Source: Yuukianura sp. NJ FZ-2021 (Eukaryota). Taken from it: a stretch of DNA of 64,000 nt. The DNA lies in assembly GCA_046563655.1 (NCBI GenBank), contig CM102287.1:6882001-6946000 (forward strand). The letters are read 5' to 3'. Shown piece by piece: positions 11,646 through 24,006 of the stretch; positions within the stretch are counted from its first letter, which is position 1; each line of letters starts with the position of its first letter. The notes beneath the pieces were generated by a model. The model was given only the letters and a program-made list of their open reading frames with translations, did no database searches and was not told where the DNA came from. The translations under genes and the position numbers were made by a program.

Positions 11646-12213
11646 CTATAAGTTGATTTCAATTTACAAAGGGCATAAGAAATAAACCGGTTGTAAACCG
11701 CACATAAAAAAGTAGCTTTAGTATTTAGGTGTTTTTTGTTTAACAAACTGACCCGTCGTAACAATGGGTCACACATTTAAAAATTGTGACACAAAAATTC
11801 TAATTATGCTTCGAAAGTAATCACAAAACAGCAGAAATGCCGAAAATTGCACGACTAGTGCGGAACTGGCAGGATATTTAGCGGATGTGAAATCAACTGC
11901 CATTTTCACATTGTGTGGTAACAAATCCTTCAGCACAATTTCGAATCAAACACCTTAGCGGTAAATTGCTCCTTGGTACCTCCTTCGGGACGTTTCAAAC
12001 GTATTATGTCTGCCACGATTGGACAGCCAGACAGACAGACAAAGTCGTACGTGTAATATCCCGAGTGGATCAGTACTATTTCCAACCTCCCACTCCCAGA
12101 AAAGGCTTAATTCCAAGCCTGGTTTCAAGCGGGATTAACAGACCCATTTCCCAAGTGATATTTTACCATAAACGAATACGGTTTTTGATGGATTCAAGGA
12201 AAACGGGACTTAC

Positions 12214-12563
12214 TCACTTATTATCAAACATTAAAAGACATTCGTTACCTGTAGATGTTTCTGCAGCCGAACCTCCAGCCTCCGATTCCTTCTTCAATGG
12301 GACTAAATCGACGGCGAAGTCAGCGTGCTTAAACTTGAGATGTTTGTGGAGAACCGATGTTCCATGTCCTTTCTTTACTTTCAAAATAGTTTGTACTCCG
12401 CCTTCATCACAAAGTTTGCATAGTGCCGACTCCCCATTCTCCTCTCGTAGGTAGTATTTCCAGATCGGAGTTCTGGTAACAAGCTGGCCCGGCTTCGCGG
12501 GTTCCTCAGAGTAATAATTCACAAACACCTTTCTTTCCAGAGTGGAATCCTCATTGCCTTCTT
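12214..12563 (-). CDS. BED cassette 1 (alternative last exon)
   Basis: catttag|AA phase-1 acceptor; RTPIWKYY..ALCKLC..GTSVLHKHLKFKH. The 3' end could splice further. Confidence 0.85.
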
Positions 12564-12648
12564 CTAAATGAATTAAAGGATTTCGATGTTGAAAGTTTGT
12601 TTTCCCTCACTGTTTTACTATAAGTTAACACATGGGTAGGCTAAATAC

Positions 12649-13520
12649 CATTGTTATTCTCCCCATCAGCTTCAGCATCTCCAGTGCCAGTATCGTCTTC
12701 ATCCATAAAAGTATCAAATGGAATTGGATCCTCATGTGGCCCAGCATCAGAAGCAGATTCCGAATCAGATTCAGCTAAGAGAAAACGAGCCGTTGAGGTA
12801 GACGTAGAGTTGAATGAATATGAAATTTACCAAATCAAGCAACCAGACAAATATTTAAGACAATCTTACCACCTTCTCGATGCCTAGTTTTCACTTTCTT
12901 TTGACGATCCCTCCTTGCAGAGGCACTCGACGCCTTCCGTTTTGGGAATGCTCCTTGCCCGGTGCCGGGACGCGATTTCTCATTAGCTTTGTCATCAGCA
13001 ACAATGACATCAACAACGTCATTGTCCCCATCATCAGTAAACCTCAGGGAGAGCCCAGTGGCAGCCAGATCCGGAATGTTCTTCCAATGAGACAACACAC
13101 TCTCATGAAGTGCTTGCTCTCGTTCTATCAGTTTCTTCTGAACTGTGAACATTTCTGCAAGATTAAAAGAAATGGGGGTTAGGCGGACTGCAATTCATTA
13201 AATAACAAAGTAATAAATAAACTGGCATTATTACTAACCATTTCTGGTTGATAAGATCTGCTGCATGATGCTCATTTTCATGTCAACCTCTGCTCGGAAT
13301 TTTTTGAGTGTGTGTTCGAGTTGGCAAACTTTATCTTGCAAATTGACATCCTTTGTACTTCCGGAATCAGAAACGTTTTCGTCGTACCGCGTCTTGTCAA
13401 AACGATTCGACGATCTCAAGCTCATCGTGCTCGGAATAAATGCTTCTTCGGAGACTTCGTCTTCTGTTTCTTCGTTTTGCCCTTGTTCCCCCCTTGTTCT
13501 TTCGTTTTTCGTCAAGACGG
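12649..13520 (-). CDS. Shared (constant) exons of the multi-isoform BED zinc-finger gene: 13520-13239, 13154-12870, 12774-12649
   Basis: Three GT-AG bounded exons of 282, 285 and 126 nt, all phase 1-1, splice in frame. They encode a coiled-coil-like segment (LQDKVCQLEHTLKKFRAEVDMKMSIMQQIL..MFTVQKKLIEREQAL), a basic NLS-like patch (PKRK..RRDRQKKVK) and an acidic linker (ESDSES..DEDDTGTGDAEADGENNN). Last donor is AATG|gtattt at 12649/12648. Start uncertain: ATG at 13425 or an upstream exon. Confidence 0.8.
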
Positions 13521-13775
13521 CTGAAATAAAACAAAATAAGCCTTATAAAGTCCAAGTCTTATAACTTATACACAGAAATTCTCCGAACCACTTGCATTTG
13601 CATCTTACTGGCTAAACTACATTTTGAGAAGCCTTTTTTGTCCGACTTTGCAATAGTAATAAATAGAATGTATTTACTATATTACACAATTGTATTATAC
13701 AACAATAGTAACTTAGTAACTAAGTAAGTACTACAATTAGAATTAGTTCATAAATTCTTCCATGAACCATTGGCT

Positions 13776-14024
13776 TTATAACCACCGAATAAAATGGTCA
13801 CATGTTGTTTTACCAAGATCAACTCCATGAACAACTTTTAAATGAGATCGGCATCCTTTCGTAGAACCATCACTAGTTTTCAGTACTTTGTGTCCACAGT
13901 CAGCAAATTGACATTTTGCTTCACCGCCTGTTTTCTTTCTCCAAAAATAATGCCAAATTGAGTCCACCTTATCACATTTGTCTGGCACTACTTCAAATCC
14001 TGGATCTGGATCCATCGTCATCAT
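13776..14024 (-). CDS. BED finger ORF upstream of the shared exons
   Basis: MMTMDPDP..DSIWHYF..AKCQFADC..DGSTKGCRSHLKVVH. It has its own ATG with an in-frame stop just before it, and a possible phase-1 donor CTTG|gtaaaa at 13814/13813. Confidence 0.75.
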   Translation of the reverse strand: MMTMDPDPGFEVVPDKCDKVDSIWHYFWRKKTGGEAKCQFADCGHKVLKTSDGSTKGCRSHLKVVHGVDLGKTTCDHFIRWL

Positions 14025-16897
14025 TTATTCAATCAACTCCGATTCGGACGAGAAATCAATTTCTAAGTACACCCCGGCCACTTAAACTTAAACAAACAAC
14101 ACTACCACTTGTATATCACTGATTTTTTTCAAACTTAACTTCTAACATCTGCACCACTCTCTTCCGTACTTCTTCGCTTTCCCATTTTCCCCTTTTCAAT
14201 GCCTTTAAACTTCCCTTCGCTCGCAAGTTGAGAATCTCAACGCGAAAGAAACCCCTCTTCTGCAGCAAACCAGACGCGGCTATAACCATACCAAAAGAGC
14301 CAAATCGTGTCGTGGTGTTGTTTTTCCAAATCTCAATGCCGCTAACTTCTTTAAGTACACACAGACACAACACAGCATGAGATAAATTCGGGCATTAATA
14401 ATGTTTGAATCCCAATTGTTTTGCATATCCCTGACTCCTGACTGATACATCATCTTTAACAAATTCTTGTCGACGTAGCTTTAACGAACGAACGAATGTA
14501 AAAACAAATTAAAGATACTAAAGTGAAACTTTGCAATTCTAGAACTCTACTTATCGCCATCGCCATTCTTGTGCTATAGTCCATATTTTCAGCAGAGATG
14601 CTTTCGTATAACCTGTCGTTCATAATTCATTATTATTACATAAATACTCCACTAATAGTAATACTCCACCTTAAACCTCACCTTTCAAAATGGCCAAAAC
14701 AGATCACCGTCGGTAGGTTCGATTCGATACAGAAACGTACTTCCAACAGATTCCAGTTCCAGTTTCACTTTCAAGAGGAATTAAAGTGTGACAAACGAAA
14801 CCCGCCGAAGACAACACAGCGTCAGCCACACAGGCAGAGGCAGGTTACGTACACGGGAGAGGAGGAAGATAGAAACTGTCCGAACAAAACAATTGGTTAG
14901 AGTAAACCGGAGTTGCCACCGTTGTACACCACAGTGTAACAACGATATCTCTCACAATTCGGAAGGTTTCATCTAATTTGGGCAAAAAGTGAAATGAGCA
15001 AAATTGAAAAGACCAGAAAAAAGACCAAAAAGGAAAATGAAACTCAGGTAGCCTAACCTAAGGTCTTTTAAATTCTGGCCTTTTCACTTTTGGACCGAAT
15101 AAGAAATTATACCTTGCTTGCGTCGAATTATCTCTTTCACCATGAAGTCGCAAATACGTCATGTTTTTTTTTGCATTTTTTACCATCAAGTCATAAATAC
15201 CTGGGGAAACTTGAGGTTAACGGGGGCAGAAGTGGCTTACAGCCCTCATCACATTTCAGTTTTAGCCAAATTTTTGTGGTCATTTCATTGGAAATTTCAC
15301 GGAATTTTGGGATCCGAATATACTGTAATGCGGTAGCTCTCATCTGTTACTGAAAATTAAATTTTAGACATATAATTTTGTCTTAACTTCGAAACCCGTT
15401 TGTTTTGACCAGGAAAGTCCGAGCCGCATGTACTCTTTATCGTTTTTCGGAAGTGGCAATAACAAGTTGATGAAAGGTAGTTAATTACCTAAAAGCAAAT
15501 CTACCATGCATAGGCAAATCTACCAATATTACAGCAACAAAAGTACCGTGTGCAGAAGAAAACTCTCATTTGGCGCTTTATTCACCTCGTCCTATTATTC
15601 TGCGAAGTAGTTATAGAAGTTCGAAACAAAGAGAAGTTCATTGCCTCATTGTAAAACGGTCAGCTACTCCCTTGCAACCCGAAACATTGTAAATACTGCC
15701 GGAATAGCCAACCGAATGCGTTGTTGATTCTGATTGAGTCGTGTGATTACCAGCATGCAATTTTCGTCTCATCCAACCACATAAATTGATTCGCCTGCAC
15801 AAAACTATACCGCGTCATCCCTAACCGTCACCTACCATCCAATGGCTGGGCATGAAATGACGAAATAGTTATACATATATACTATATATTATGTTATTAT
15901 CAGCATTATTATATTCTATAATATCACTGTTATTATTACGACTGGAGAATTAAATTATTAAGCTATTCACCTTAAGATTGTAATTTCTATTCCATTTAAA
16001 TACATTTAATTGCAAATCGTATTAATTGCAATTTCAAATTTTGAAACGCTACGTATTCGGATAAGTTACAAAAAGTTACCCCTTCCTTGCGCAAAATTGA
16101 AGATTGACGGTTGTTTGTTACACAATTAACAATTTGTTTATTTATTGTGTTCAGGATTCTAGGTCAAGGGTAAAATTTAGTTAGTAAAGTCATCATCATA
16201 CAACTGCCACTTAATTCCATTAAGGCTGAAATTTTGAATATTAGTATTACTTTTTGTATGGATCCGCAGCTTATAATATGAAATCAAATGCTATAACATA
16301 ACGGCGTAGCTTTAGTTAAGTAAACAAGCGTCCCAATCTGGCCCTGGATCATGTCCTTGTGCGTTTTCGCTGTACGTATGTCCAATCATCTACCGAACAA
16401 AGTATGACTAGAGTCCAAGAGTCCATAGGTTTCAACCTTCCCACCATCCCACCATACAAATACTGCGTATGCATGCGCCTATTAAAAAAAAAACGCACAT
16501 GCATTTTTAGAATTTCCGATTTTTCCGATTATTGCTGCAACTTTTGTCGAAATTTTCGAAATTGATCATCTTTATTTAACCCAAACATTCATCAACATCG
16601 AATTTTCATCGACGACGTTGCAAAACTGGGACAACAATGTCGCAATTCTAACTAATATGCAGCGTAATCGTACAGCGGTATACTCACTATAACAGAAAAA
16701 CGTGCAAAATGCAACAACAAAACGCTATTAAGATGGGGGATGATGGATCTGCCTAACAACAAATGTAAAAGAACAGAAAGTAGGAATTGATAGATAGGTA
16801 TTAATTAATTTTTTAACAGAGTTTTTTAAAATTGTCATCACTAGGCTTTTTGCTCTCGTCAACTAGGAGTGATGCTGATGGATTGTTTCCTTTTGTG

Positions 16898-16918
16898 CAA
16901 CGTGATGGTGTCACGTTG
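16898..16918. promoter_or_regulatory. Paired non-canonical E-boxes (AACGTG-N7-CACGTT) upstream of the period start codon
   Basis: CAACGTGAtggtgTCACGTTG with 8-bp palindromic arms, about 300 bp before the ATG. Confidence 0.55.
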
Positions 16919-17220
16919 ATTTGATGAAAATGTGACTTTTGGGTTATTTCCTTTTCAGTTTAATTTTGCGTTGCAGGAAATTTGAGTCGATGTCGGACGC
17001 GCAGAAAGTATATTTCCAGATGGAGAAAGTCCGGAGGAAAGCAAGCGGCAGAATTCAGTGGATCCGCAGACGCCAAAGCTCATACATGTCCATAGAGATC
17101 GCTGAAAAAGAAATTCAGTTGCTGAACTCCTTTGACATTCAATAAAACTTAGTAAAGGAAAGGCCATTTGGAGACCTTTAGAAAGAAAATCAAGAGAAAT
17201 TCGAAGTTAAAGAAGAGAAA

Positions 17221-20200
17221 ATGGGAGAATCGGGTAATGGCGTGACCTTAGCCCTCTCTCTGCAAAAACTGATGTCTGACTCAGGCTACGGGTCAAACAA
17301 GTCCAACAGCAACACGCAATCACCACGCAGGTGAGAAACAAAAAAAAATTGTGACATTCAATACACAGTTTAGTTTCTCGAAGGATTCCGAAATACAGTT
17401 TCGCAAATATTTTTCATAAGTTTTTGAAACATTTTATATTCCTTGTAATAAGTGGAGCAGCGAAACATATAGTTTTAAATATAAAATATTTGGCGAAAAC
17501 AGAGAATTCAAGATATTTACAAAAATTCTAAATATTTCACGATATTTTATGCCATTCTTGACAATCAAGTGCTTAACGTGATATTTTGACGATTTTTTCC
17601 ATGTTAAGTCAGTAGTCAGTTAAATTCATGAAAATTTCCGATCTTTTTAATGCAAAATAACCTTTTTCCCATAAATACTGACCATTTTATTAAATATTTC
17701 CGAGTTTTGATAGTAGATATTAAATAAATATTTCATTGGTTTTAGCACATATTTTTGGCAGCCCTTGTAATAAGGTCGAAATAATTTGCGCCCTGATTTC
17801 AAAATAGAGGTGACGAGGTCATGACGAGTTCAAATTGCGTTTTCCAATTCAGAGTCAATCGCAATTTCCACCGTCATGTCCCCGTCGCCCGTATTTTGAA
17901 CTTCGAGTTTGAACTCGCCAACTAAAGTCCGGTATCGTAGCCGAAATTCCAGGCAAAAAGTCCATAGGATTTGCATGCCCAAAACGTTTGGGCCGTAGCA
18001 TTTCGGTGAATATTGGAGGATTTTCCATTCAAGTCCAAAAACGCGAATCTGAATTACTTTCACAAGAAATACTTGAATAAGTAAAAAGAATAAGACATGT
18101 TATATTTGGAAGACAGTCCTCATTCCTAAATTGGTAAGTGGATACTCTGCTAAAACATCAAAAGGTTTCATTCTATTCTTGCACTTCGACATTCATTCTC
18201 ATTCTAATTTGCAAATGAAAGCGAATATACTATACTATTTTTAAAAAATTTGACGCAATTATATAGTACTTTAATGTATTTTCTTTACCCCAATGTTTTC
18301 TAAATTCTATATTTTATAGAAATTCAAAAAAACTTCAACATCAAGCTTATGAAAAGATTTTCAAGAAATTTAAAGAGTTAAATAAACAGTTAAGCTATAC
18401 TGCACTGAAAAATATGACGCTAGTGCGTCCATGTTTGTGCATGAGGCAATGCCTCATTGAGGCATATGGGTAATGAACGTGACAAAAGAGAAAGTGCGAC
18501 AAGTTCGCTTTCACTATAGCACATGCAGAGGAGCGTGACTGTGTTACTTGATTCTTTAAAATTAATTGGTTCGAACATACAGCCAATTAATTTCGGATTA
18601 ATTTTAGAAATTGAACGCGCAATTATGTTTGAATCTTGTAAAAAAAAAAGTTGAAAAAGCAATTTGAAATTCTCGTGTTTCAGTTCGGGCAGTAGCAAAT
18701 CCCTCTCAAGCGAAGGTCAAGACTACTTGGAGTCACCCTCTTCAAAGGGAATGTAAGACTCTGGAAATCAATTTGCAAAGAATTTACAAACTCTGAAGCA
18801 AAAATTCACCAAGCTTTTTCAATTTTGTTCATGATTGACAAAATAATTATGCCTTCCCGCTGGTTTTAGTCCGCTTGACCCAGCTTCAAATCCGCAACAA
18901 AAGGACAATCGTAGACGGAACAGCAGTCAACCACAATTTCCAACCAGCAATCAAAAGAACGTACTTTTGACACTCGGTGTGGATCATATTGTGACCCCAA
19001 GGTCAGCCGGGGTCACCGGCCCGTCTCTACCATGTACAAAGACCGAAGAGTGGAAGATAAGCAACTGGAAACAAATTGTTGAGCAATTGAAGGACGACAC
19101 AGAAGCTTCTACTTCAGTAAGTGAAACACTCACATGCTCACATGACCTTGAGTACGTGTTGACCTTTGACCTGTGACATTTCAGATTGAATTTATAGTCG
19201 TTCTCACCCTGGAAGAAGGTCGCGTGGTGTACTTTGACGATACCATTTCCAAAGGGCTGCATTCTGACCAGTGGTTTGGAAAAAGCTTCGTTGACCTCGT
19301 CCATCCCAAGGATCGAATCTCCTTTGCAGGTCACGTAGCTGATTCTCGGCGACCGAATTCGCCACCATATTTTTGCAGTAATATTCAAATGAATTAACAT
19401 AAATAAAACAATGAAACAGTAAAGTTTATATAATTAGTTTGAATAAATTTGTAAGCCAATTTTTTGTATAACATCCTTTGCCAGGAATACAACAATCGAC
19501 GGAGTCGGAACCAATGGTTTACGTCACGTTTAAGTTAAACGTGACTCTGAAGGAAGTTGACTTGAATGATGTCCATGTCAATATCAATGCAGGTCAGAAA
19601 ACACAGGATCAATTAGGAAATTGTCAGTGTCATGCGGACTCCACTCTGATTTTGACGTATCTCATCATTGGAGCGACTGCTGTCAAATCAGCGTTTACGC
19701 GTAAAAAAAAATTCTTAAAAACAAGTTAACATGATAACTTTGAGTTAAAATTTTTCAACAAAAAAAACTCACATTCTTTTTAAACTAAAATGAAATTCAG
19801 AACCTGACGAGCGTTTGGAAAGTCCTGCGAACTTTACCACACGTCACTTGGCGTCATGCCTCTTTGGCCATTTGGATACGGAAGGAATTCCGTACGTTGG
19901 ACATTTGCCGCAAGATGTATTTGGAACGTCGATTTTGGACTACTACCACCCTGAAGACATGGACAACCTAAGAGACATCTATGCTGAAGGCAACAATAGT
20001 TTCAGCTGAAAAAAATGAACATTTTAAGATTTGAAAATTTTAAAATCAAATTTTGGATAACTTTTGCAGTGATGCTTCAGCATGGAAGGCCATTTCGAAG
20101 CAAACCATATCGATTTCGTGTTTACAATGGAACATTTGCATGGATGGAAACTGATTGGTCCTGTTTCATCAATCCATGGTCTTGGAAGCTGGAATTTGTC

Positions 20201-23200
20201 ATTGGACAACATAGAGTGGTCAAGGTCAGCTGAAGTGTTTTTGGCATGCTCAAACAACTGCTATATTTTAATGCAACTGAAATGTATTTTACGCCTCTAG
20301 GGTCCCCCGATTCCAAACGTATTTGTGCCGCCAAACGAAAACGGTTTAGAATTTTCCAACGAAACGATGGAAAACTGTAAAGCAGTACAGAATGAAATCA
20401 GGACGATTTTGAGTGAGGTAAATTCAAATGTCAACAAAATTTAAAAAGTCACGTGGAATCAAGTTTTTCGTAACTTCTTAAGTTATTTTGAAAATTTTTG
20501 AAATTTTTTTTCCAAATCTTCTTGAACAAGTTTTGAAGATAAGTTAGCTACCCTTAAGTTTGTCTCCACTTCATAATCTCTGTCCTTAGACTATTAGTCG
20601 ACGATCGTCGGAGTGGAAGCGACGAAAGAGCTTGACGACGCAGTGGGATTCGACACAAGAGCCAATCGGAGCCTCCGACACAAAGTCCCAGTCAGAATGC
20701 AGCGACACTTTTTCCCTCTTGGTAGGAAGTATAGACTTCATTTTTGCAAATTAGAACTTAAACCTAATGTTACTAGGTTTACTTTAAAAAACAAACTTAA
20801 CCTTTGACCTCCAGTGAACTCCGGCTTCTATTTTGAACTTGATTTTCTCATAGGCAAAGGATACAGTGATGCTCGGAGAAATTTCTCCGTACCACGACGA
20901 TGACCAATCAGGAAGTAACGAGAGCTCGGAGACCCCGCCGAGTTATGGTCAACTGAACTACAGAGACAACATTGAAAGGTCAAAAGTTTCAATTCAGCTA
21001 TAGCGTAGGTGGAACTAGATGAGTCTGAGTTCTGTTGATAATTTTGACCTGTCTTCTCTAGATTCTTTCACAGTCACCCGAAGACAACGCATTCCAACGA
21101 ATCTGCTGAGAAAATGGAAACCAATCGTTCAAGCAGTGACGAAGATTCAAAGATTTCGCCCTGTCCAGACTACAGTTCAGGGTCGAACTACGGGTTAGAA
21201 TTTAAAATAAAATTGAGTTTTATTTAGACCGTTGTAAAAATTTTGTATGCTAGGAATTGGAGTGGGAGCAATGAAAGCGGAGATGGAGATGGCGCTGGTG
21301 ATGCGTACTTGACAGAAGAACTGCTCTCAAAGTCAGTTTGGTTTTGGTTATCTATAGTAGTATGGTTGGCTTTTGATTAAAGTTAAATCAAAGTTTGAAT
21401 TAATACTTTTTATTTTATTAGACACAATCAGACAATGGAAAAGTGTTTGACACAGCGGCACAAAGAGCATAGACCAAAAAGACAACACCATGTCAAAGAC
21501 GCATCAACTGGCCAGAAGGAACGTCTAAAACACGCAAGTCACGTAATGGTATTTCCAAATCGAAATTAACATGAAACATACCAAAAAGCATTTCAAAATA
21601 TACTTTTGCGGAAGGTGCAGCATCCAACTCTGAAACGAGGAATACACTCGGCAGAACTCGGAAAAGCTTCAAAGCGTCCACATCTAGATAGTAACCGGTT
21701 TTCAGCGCCATTACCACATAGCTGGCGCCCTAATCAAAACCATTCCGGCTCTCCTTCCGCCAATCAGAAGTAAGGCGATGGTCCCCATATGTGATTGCCA
21801 TACGTTATGTTATGACTTGTTGTGTGTTGTGTAGATCAGCGGTTGTTGGGCAGGCCCAAAAAGGTACGTGATTGCGTCAGTTGACCTTAATTTGACCTTA
21901 AATTTCGTCTCTTTGTGAATTTGGTTGCCGAAGTAGAGCATATTAATTTGTACAGTTAGCTGATTACAAAATTAAGTTTTAGCAGCAAAACACTCTCCCT
22001 ATTGGTTGGTGGATTAGCAGATTTGACACAATTCCAGCTCCGACCTCTGACCTAGCTGACTTAGCTCTTACGCAGGCGTAGAGATGAGGGTTGAGCAATG
22101 TGGTTGGAGCCAGGTAGGTGTTTTACTAAAAAGGTTACTAGAAAGTTCATGTTAAATCCGAAAGCGGGTAAGTCCAAAATTAGTATTCGCAAGTTGTGGA
22201 AGTCGCTTTATTTAAACATAACTTATAAATCCACAGAATTATCGATTTTTTTCTCTTATACGTAGTATCAGTTTTGGCTTGTAAATTTTGTTTTTTTGTA
22301 ATTTTGGTTATTCTGTCTTAAGTTTCGACTTCCATTCAAACTGCATTTGGGATATCCCATACTATATTATTGTTCACTTTGTTCATGTATTCTCACGATG
22401 CCCCGCTAAATTTTTCCGTGAGTTCATAAGTCGCATGCAAGAAATTGCATAAAACGTTTCACTTCTATGCATGAAACAAGAACATAAAAATGGCGGCGAA
22501 ATTTTGGCAACTGGCTTCTCTATGACAAAAAGACACTATTAAAGTGCATGCTGAATTTTGATGTCCTTGAAAAAGGTGAAGACATTGGAGGAATTATTTG
22601 TTTGTTTAATTTCAGTTAACCATGACGTATTCAACCAGTCAAAGGACCAATCTGCAAACGATTACGCTGGTCAAACACATGAACCAGCTATTTTGAACGA
22701 CACAATGAAGTCCCCATTACTTGTGTTTCCAAAACGCGTTCGGCCAATACCTGGTTTGGACACAGCGGAGATGAAAAACAACAAATTAAAACTTTGCGCC
22801 AATTTTTGTTTGAGCAAAGACGAAAATCGATCAACTGATGGGTCACGGTCGTTAACATCTCAAGAACCGGACGAGTCATGCTCTTCATCAATGGCATCTC
22901 TACTTAAAACAGACACAAGTGCAACAGACGACAGCGCTGCGCATGGAATCTGCAGTTGTTGCACTGCGCATGACCACCAGCTGTACTCAACCGGAAAAAC
23001 AGGACCAGGCCAGGAAGCCAGTCAGGAACTTCTGTTGAGGTTCCGATTGTCGGGTGACGAAGACGTAACACAAATTTTAGCAAAGGATTTGAAAGCTCTT
23101 GGTCTTTTTGGAAAAGTAAACCAATATTTTTGGCATCTATTGGTCAAATTATGCTAAATTCTAAAAAGTTTTCTAATAGTAACTTTTGTTTGAATTCTAA

Positions 23201-23538
23201 AGCAATCGAGTATAATCAACGAACAACTGAATCGACTTTACTCGGAACTCCGAACTGAAAACAGAGTACCGCATCCGCTTTTGGAGGATGAAGGTACGAC
23301 GTCTTCTGGGAACGAATCCGTAACTTCGGACGTCAAATTTTGCAGCAGAGAAGCAGTAAGGTTATAATTCAATTCCATTAACCTTGTTCCCAGAATATTT
23401 TCAGCCTTTTTTCAAAAACTTATGAAATTTTAGAACGCTGAAGGAAATTTTAAAACATGTTGGGAAAACTGTGACCCCGGAAGAACCGTTTCTCTATTTG
23501 GAGAAAATTCCAGCCTCCCACCGCCCTTGATTGCTTAG
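17221..23538 (+). CDS. per: Period circadian clock protein (multi-exon)
   Basis: N-terminal [25 protein letters not shown] ([15 protein letters not shown]); PAS-B/PAC ([47 protein letters not shown]); per-short region [46 protein letters not shown]. Exon structure at 21.5-22.6 kb is uncertain. Confidence 0.93.
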
Positions 23539-24006
23539 ATTTGAACATGTTTTGCGTTGCTTTTTCAAAAGCAAAAGATTAACGTTTGCTAAACTTGAAA
23601 ATTAAGAAATTGAATGTCTAAAATATCCGAACTACGTTGTTATAAATCAAGTTAAAATTATGTTATAGACATCGTCAAAATATTAGTCGGTTCCATTAGG
23701 GTAGTATTCATGAGTATATTTAACTACAGGATAGACAACTAACCTAGGATAGTCGAGTTAAAATTAAATCGTTTGATTGGCGTATTATTTCCGGTTTTCT
23801 CTTAGCATTGAATCGTTTTTTGATAGATGTGACGAAATTCGTGAATTTTTGTTAGCCCCAACAATTTTTTTAATTGAGCAACTCCTGTGACTTGTAGAAC
23901 TCTTCGGAAGCTGAATTCCAAGGAAAGCAAATAGGACATGTTAAAATTTAAGTTCTTCAATTTAAAACAATAAAACAAAATGTGTTGAAAGTGGATCCGA
24001 GTGGCT

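Noticed and set aside
11915..12454. 179-aa plus-strand ORF
   Set aside because: Partly antisense to BED cassette 1, no ATG at the called start and no recognisable domain.
3212..14062. BED cassettes read as hAT transposon copies or as independent small genes
   Set aside because: No DDE or dimerisation domains, terminal repeats or target-site duplications were seen. Uniform strand, uniform splice phase and missing start codons fit alternative exons better.
14116..14480. Possible upstream coding exon (BTB or ZAD) for the BED gene
   Set aside because: The frame is interrupted by a stop, I recognise no domain and no convincing phase-compatible donor was found. It could be a decayed exon.
21882..21898. 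TGACCT direct repeat in a per intron as a nuclear-receptor site
   Set aside because: TGACCT repeats occur in several unrelated introns here (for example near 19160 and 62966), so they are not distinctive.
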